From assembly GCA_023515725.1 (NCBI GenBank), contig JALDTO010000246.1, positions 281,680 through 345,679 on the forward strand: DNA of 64,000 nt, written 5' to 3'. Shown piece by piece: positions 62,989 to 64,000 of the stretch (its first letter is position 1; every line of letters starts with the position of its first letter). The position numbers and the translations under genes are program-made. The notes beneath the pieces were generated by a model. That model searched no databases and had not been told where the DNA came from. It saw only the letters and a program-made list of their open reading frames with translations. The DNA comes from Amoeboaphelidium protococcarum X5. Taxonomy: Eukaryota > Fungi > Aphelidiomycota.

Positions 62989-64000
62989 TCATTCATTTGC
63001 GACAGTATTCTTCTTGATAACGTAGTACTTGCCGTTGGGATGCTATTATACAAATTGTAATACTTAGGTGTCGCTGCTTAGTACAGTTTACTAAACATTA
63101 ATGCCAGTCTATTGGTGGCAAACTATAGCGTACTGATCTTGATCATAAAGTTTTAACCTTCGCATGGCCATGTGAAGACATTACCAGCCATTAAGATCAT
63201 TAGTTATGTGGAGACTGACTCGCCGACACTCCTCCTATTCTCCCTAGTAGTGAATGAGCAATCTATAGTATGATTGAATTGAAGTCTTTTAGTTCTTAAA
63301 CTGAGCAAGCGATTGTCGACGTAAGCGCGCATTGATTTTACCAGATGTGTTTGATATGCGCTTCGAAGGTTACATACTTTTCTACTTCTTTATGACTTTA
63401 GATTTGACAGCAGTCTTTGGACAGAGAGGAAGTTTCGCGGATGTTATAGCTTCAACTGGACGCCCATATCCATCAGACGCGCTCTTCTCTTACAGAATCA
63501 TTTTGAGCTTCACATAGTTGCCACTTACGACATAGTGAGACATCAGATTCCAACCGTCCATTATCGCTTGGAAAAGTATTTACTCGCCTGACAGTTTCAA
63601 CTCTTGCATAGATCTCTTCTTGCATCTAGATTCTTTAAGAGTGTCACCGTACATTACAGATGCTTGCTTAGGATATACGATCCACTGCGCAACAAATTCA
63701 ACTTGATCGCTCAGGATACCACCACTGCGTACCTTTTTGCTTCTGAGAACCATTCGCATAACATCATCAACCGTGTTCGATGCAGAAATATGAACTTTTA
63801 AAGCGCTTGACAGACTAGGTATGGTGACTAGCAGCTAATGTAATACATGAGGGTGAGACTCTTGGATAGGCGGAAGGTTCTTGTCCATAGCTGGCGGTGT
63901 TCGGGGAAGTGGTCGCTCAATGCTCAATTGTTTCATCATCTCACAGACTTTAGAATCTTGCACAGAGTCATTAGAAGAACGTTCTATGGTCCACCTTTTG
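62989..64000 (-). CDS. 3' part of an unknown protein, possibly with two RA/ubiquitin-like domains (runs off window)
   Basis: About 336 codons open under code 6, ending in TGA at 62989; LKVHISASNTVDDVMRMVLRSK and VSLHITNDLNGWQCLHMAMRRLKL resemble RA-domain strand-helix patterns. Confidence 0.55.

Noticed and set aside
1-64000. Mass pseudogenisation or poor sequence quality as the cause of fragmented ORFs
   Set aside because: Interruptions in conserved genes are only TAA/TAG, keep the frame and sit on Gln positions; essential genes are otherwise intact

Overview
Gene-dense eukaryotic nuclear DNA with fungus-like genes that does NOT use the standard genetic code. TAA and TAG are read as Gln and TGA is the only stop (ciliate-type, translation table 6), so the supplied ORF track is fragmented. 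Re-read by hand with this code, the window holds 28 protein genes (two cut by the window edges) and three apparently decayed genes. The intact genes are: NRAMP (partial), NSUN5/Rcm1, peroxisomal carnitine acyltransferase, uL1/RPL1, Rad4/XPC, ammonium transporter, an ANKFN1/Wake-like protein, Scc2/NIPBL, PP2A B'', a START protein, a GCN4-like bZIP, PIG-W/GWT1, a BTB protein, ThrRS, IFT52-like, CEP104, Ypk1/Gad8, VMA21, an MIT protein, an F-box-ankyrin protein, a small secreted protein, SRP68, MOCS2B, Kch1-like, ABCF2/ARB1, NUP98-96, a GH10 glycoside hydrolase, MESH1, a Slo/BK-like channel, ERV2 and a partial RA-like-domain gene. Fungal-type proteins, ciliary genes and TAR=Gln together fit the aphelid algal parasitoid Amoeboaphelidium protococcarum (inference from recalled knowledge; no search run). 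Most notable: introns are short (47-75 nt) and 13 of 14 end in TGTAG; the Slo/BK-like channel lacks the GYG filter; IFT52 is C-terminally truncated and lies next to CEP104; SRP68 is miniaturised; a Wake/ANKFN1 domain occurs without ankyrin/FN3; the bZIP gene has a cpc-1/GCN4-like leader; and a structured element follows the uL1 gene. All family assignments come from recalled motifs and manual translation, not database searches.
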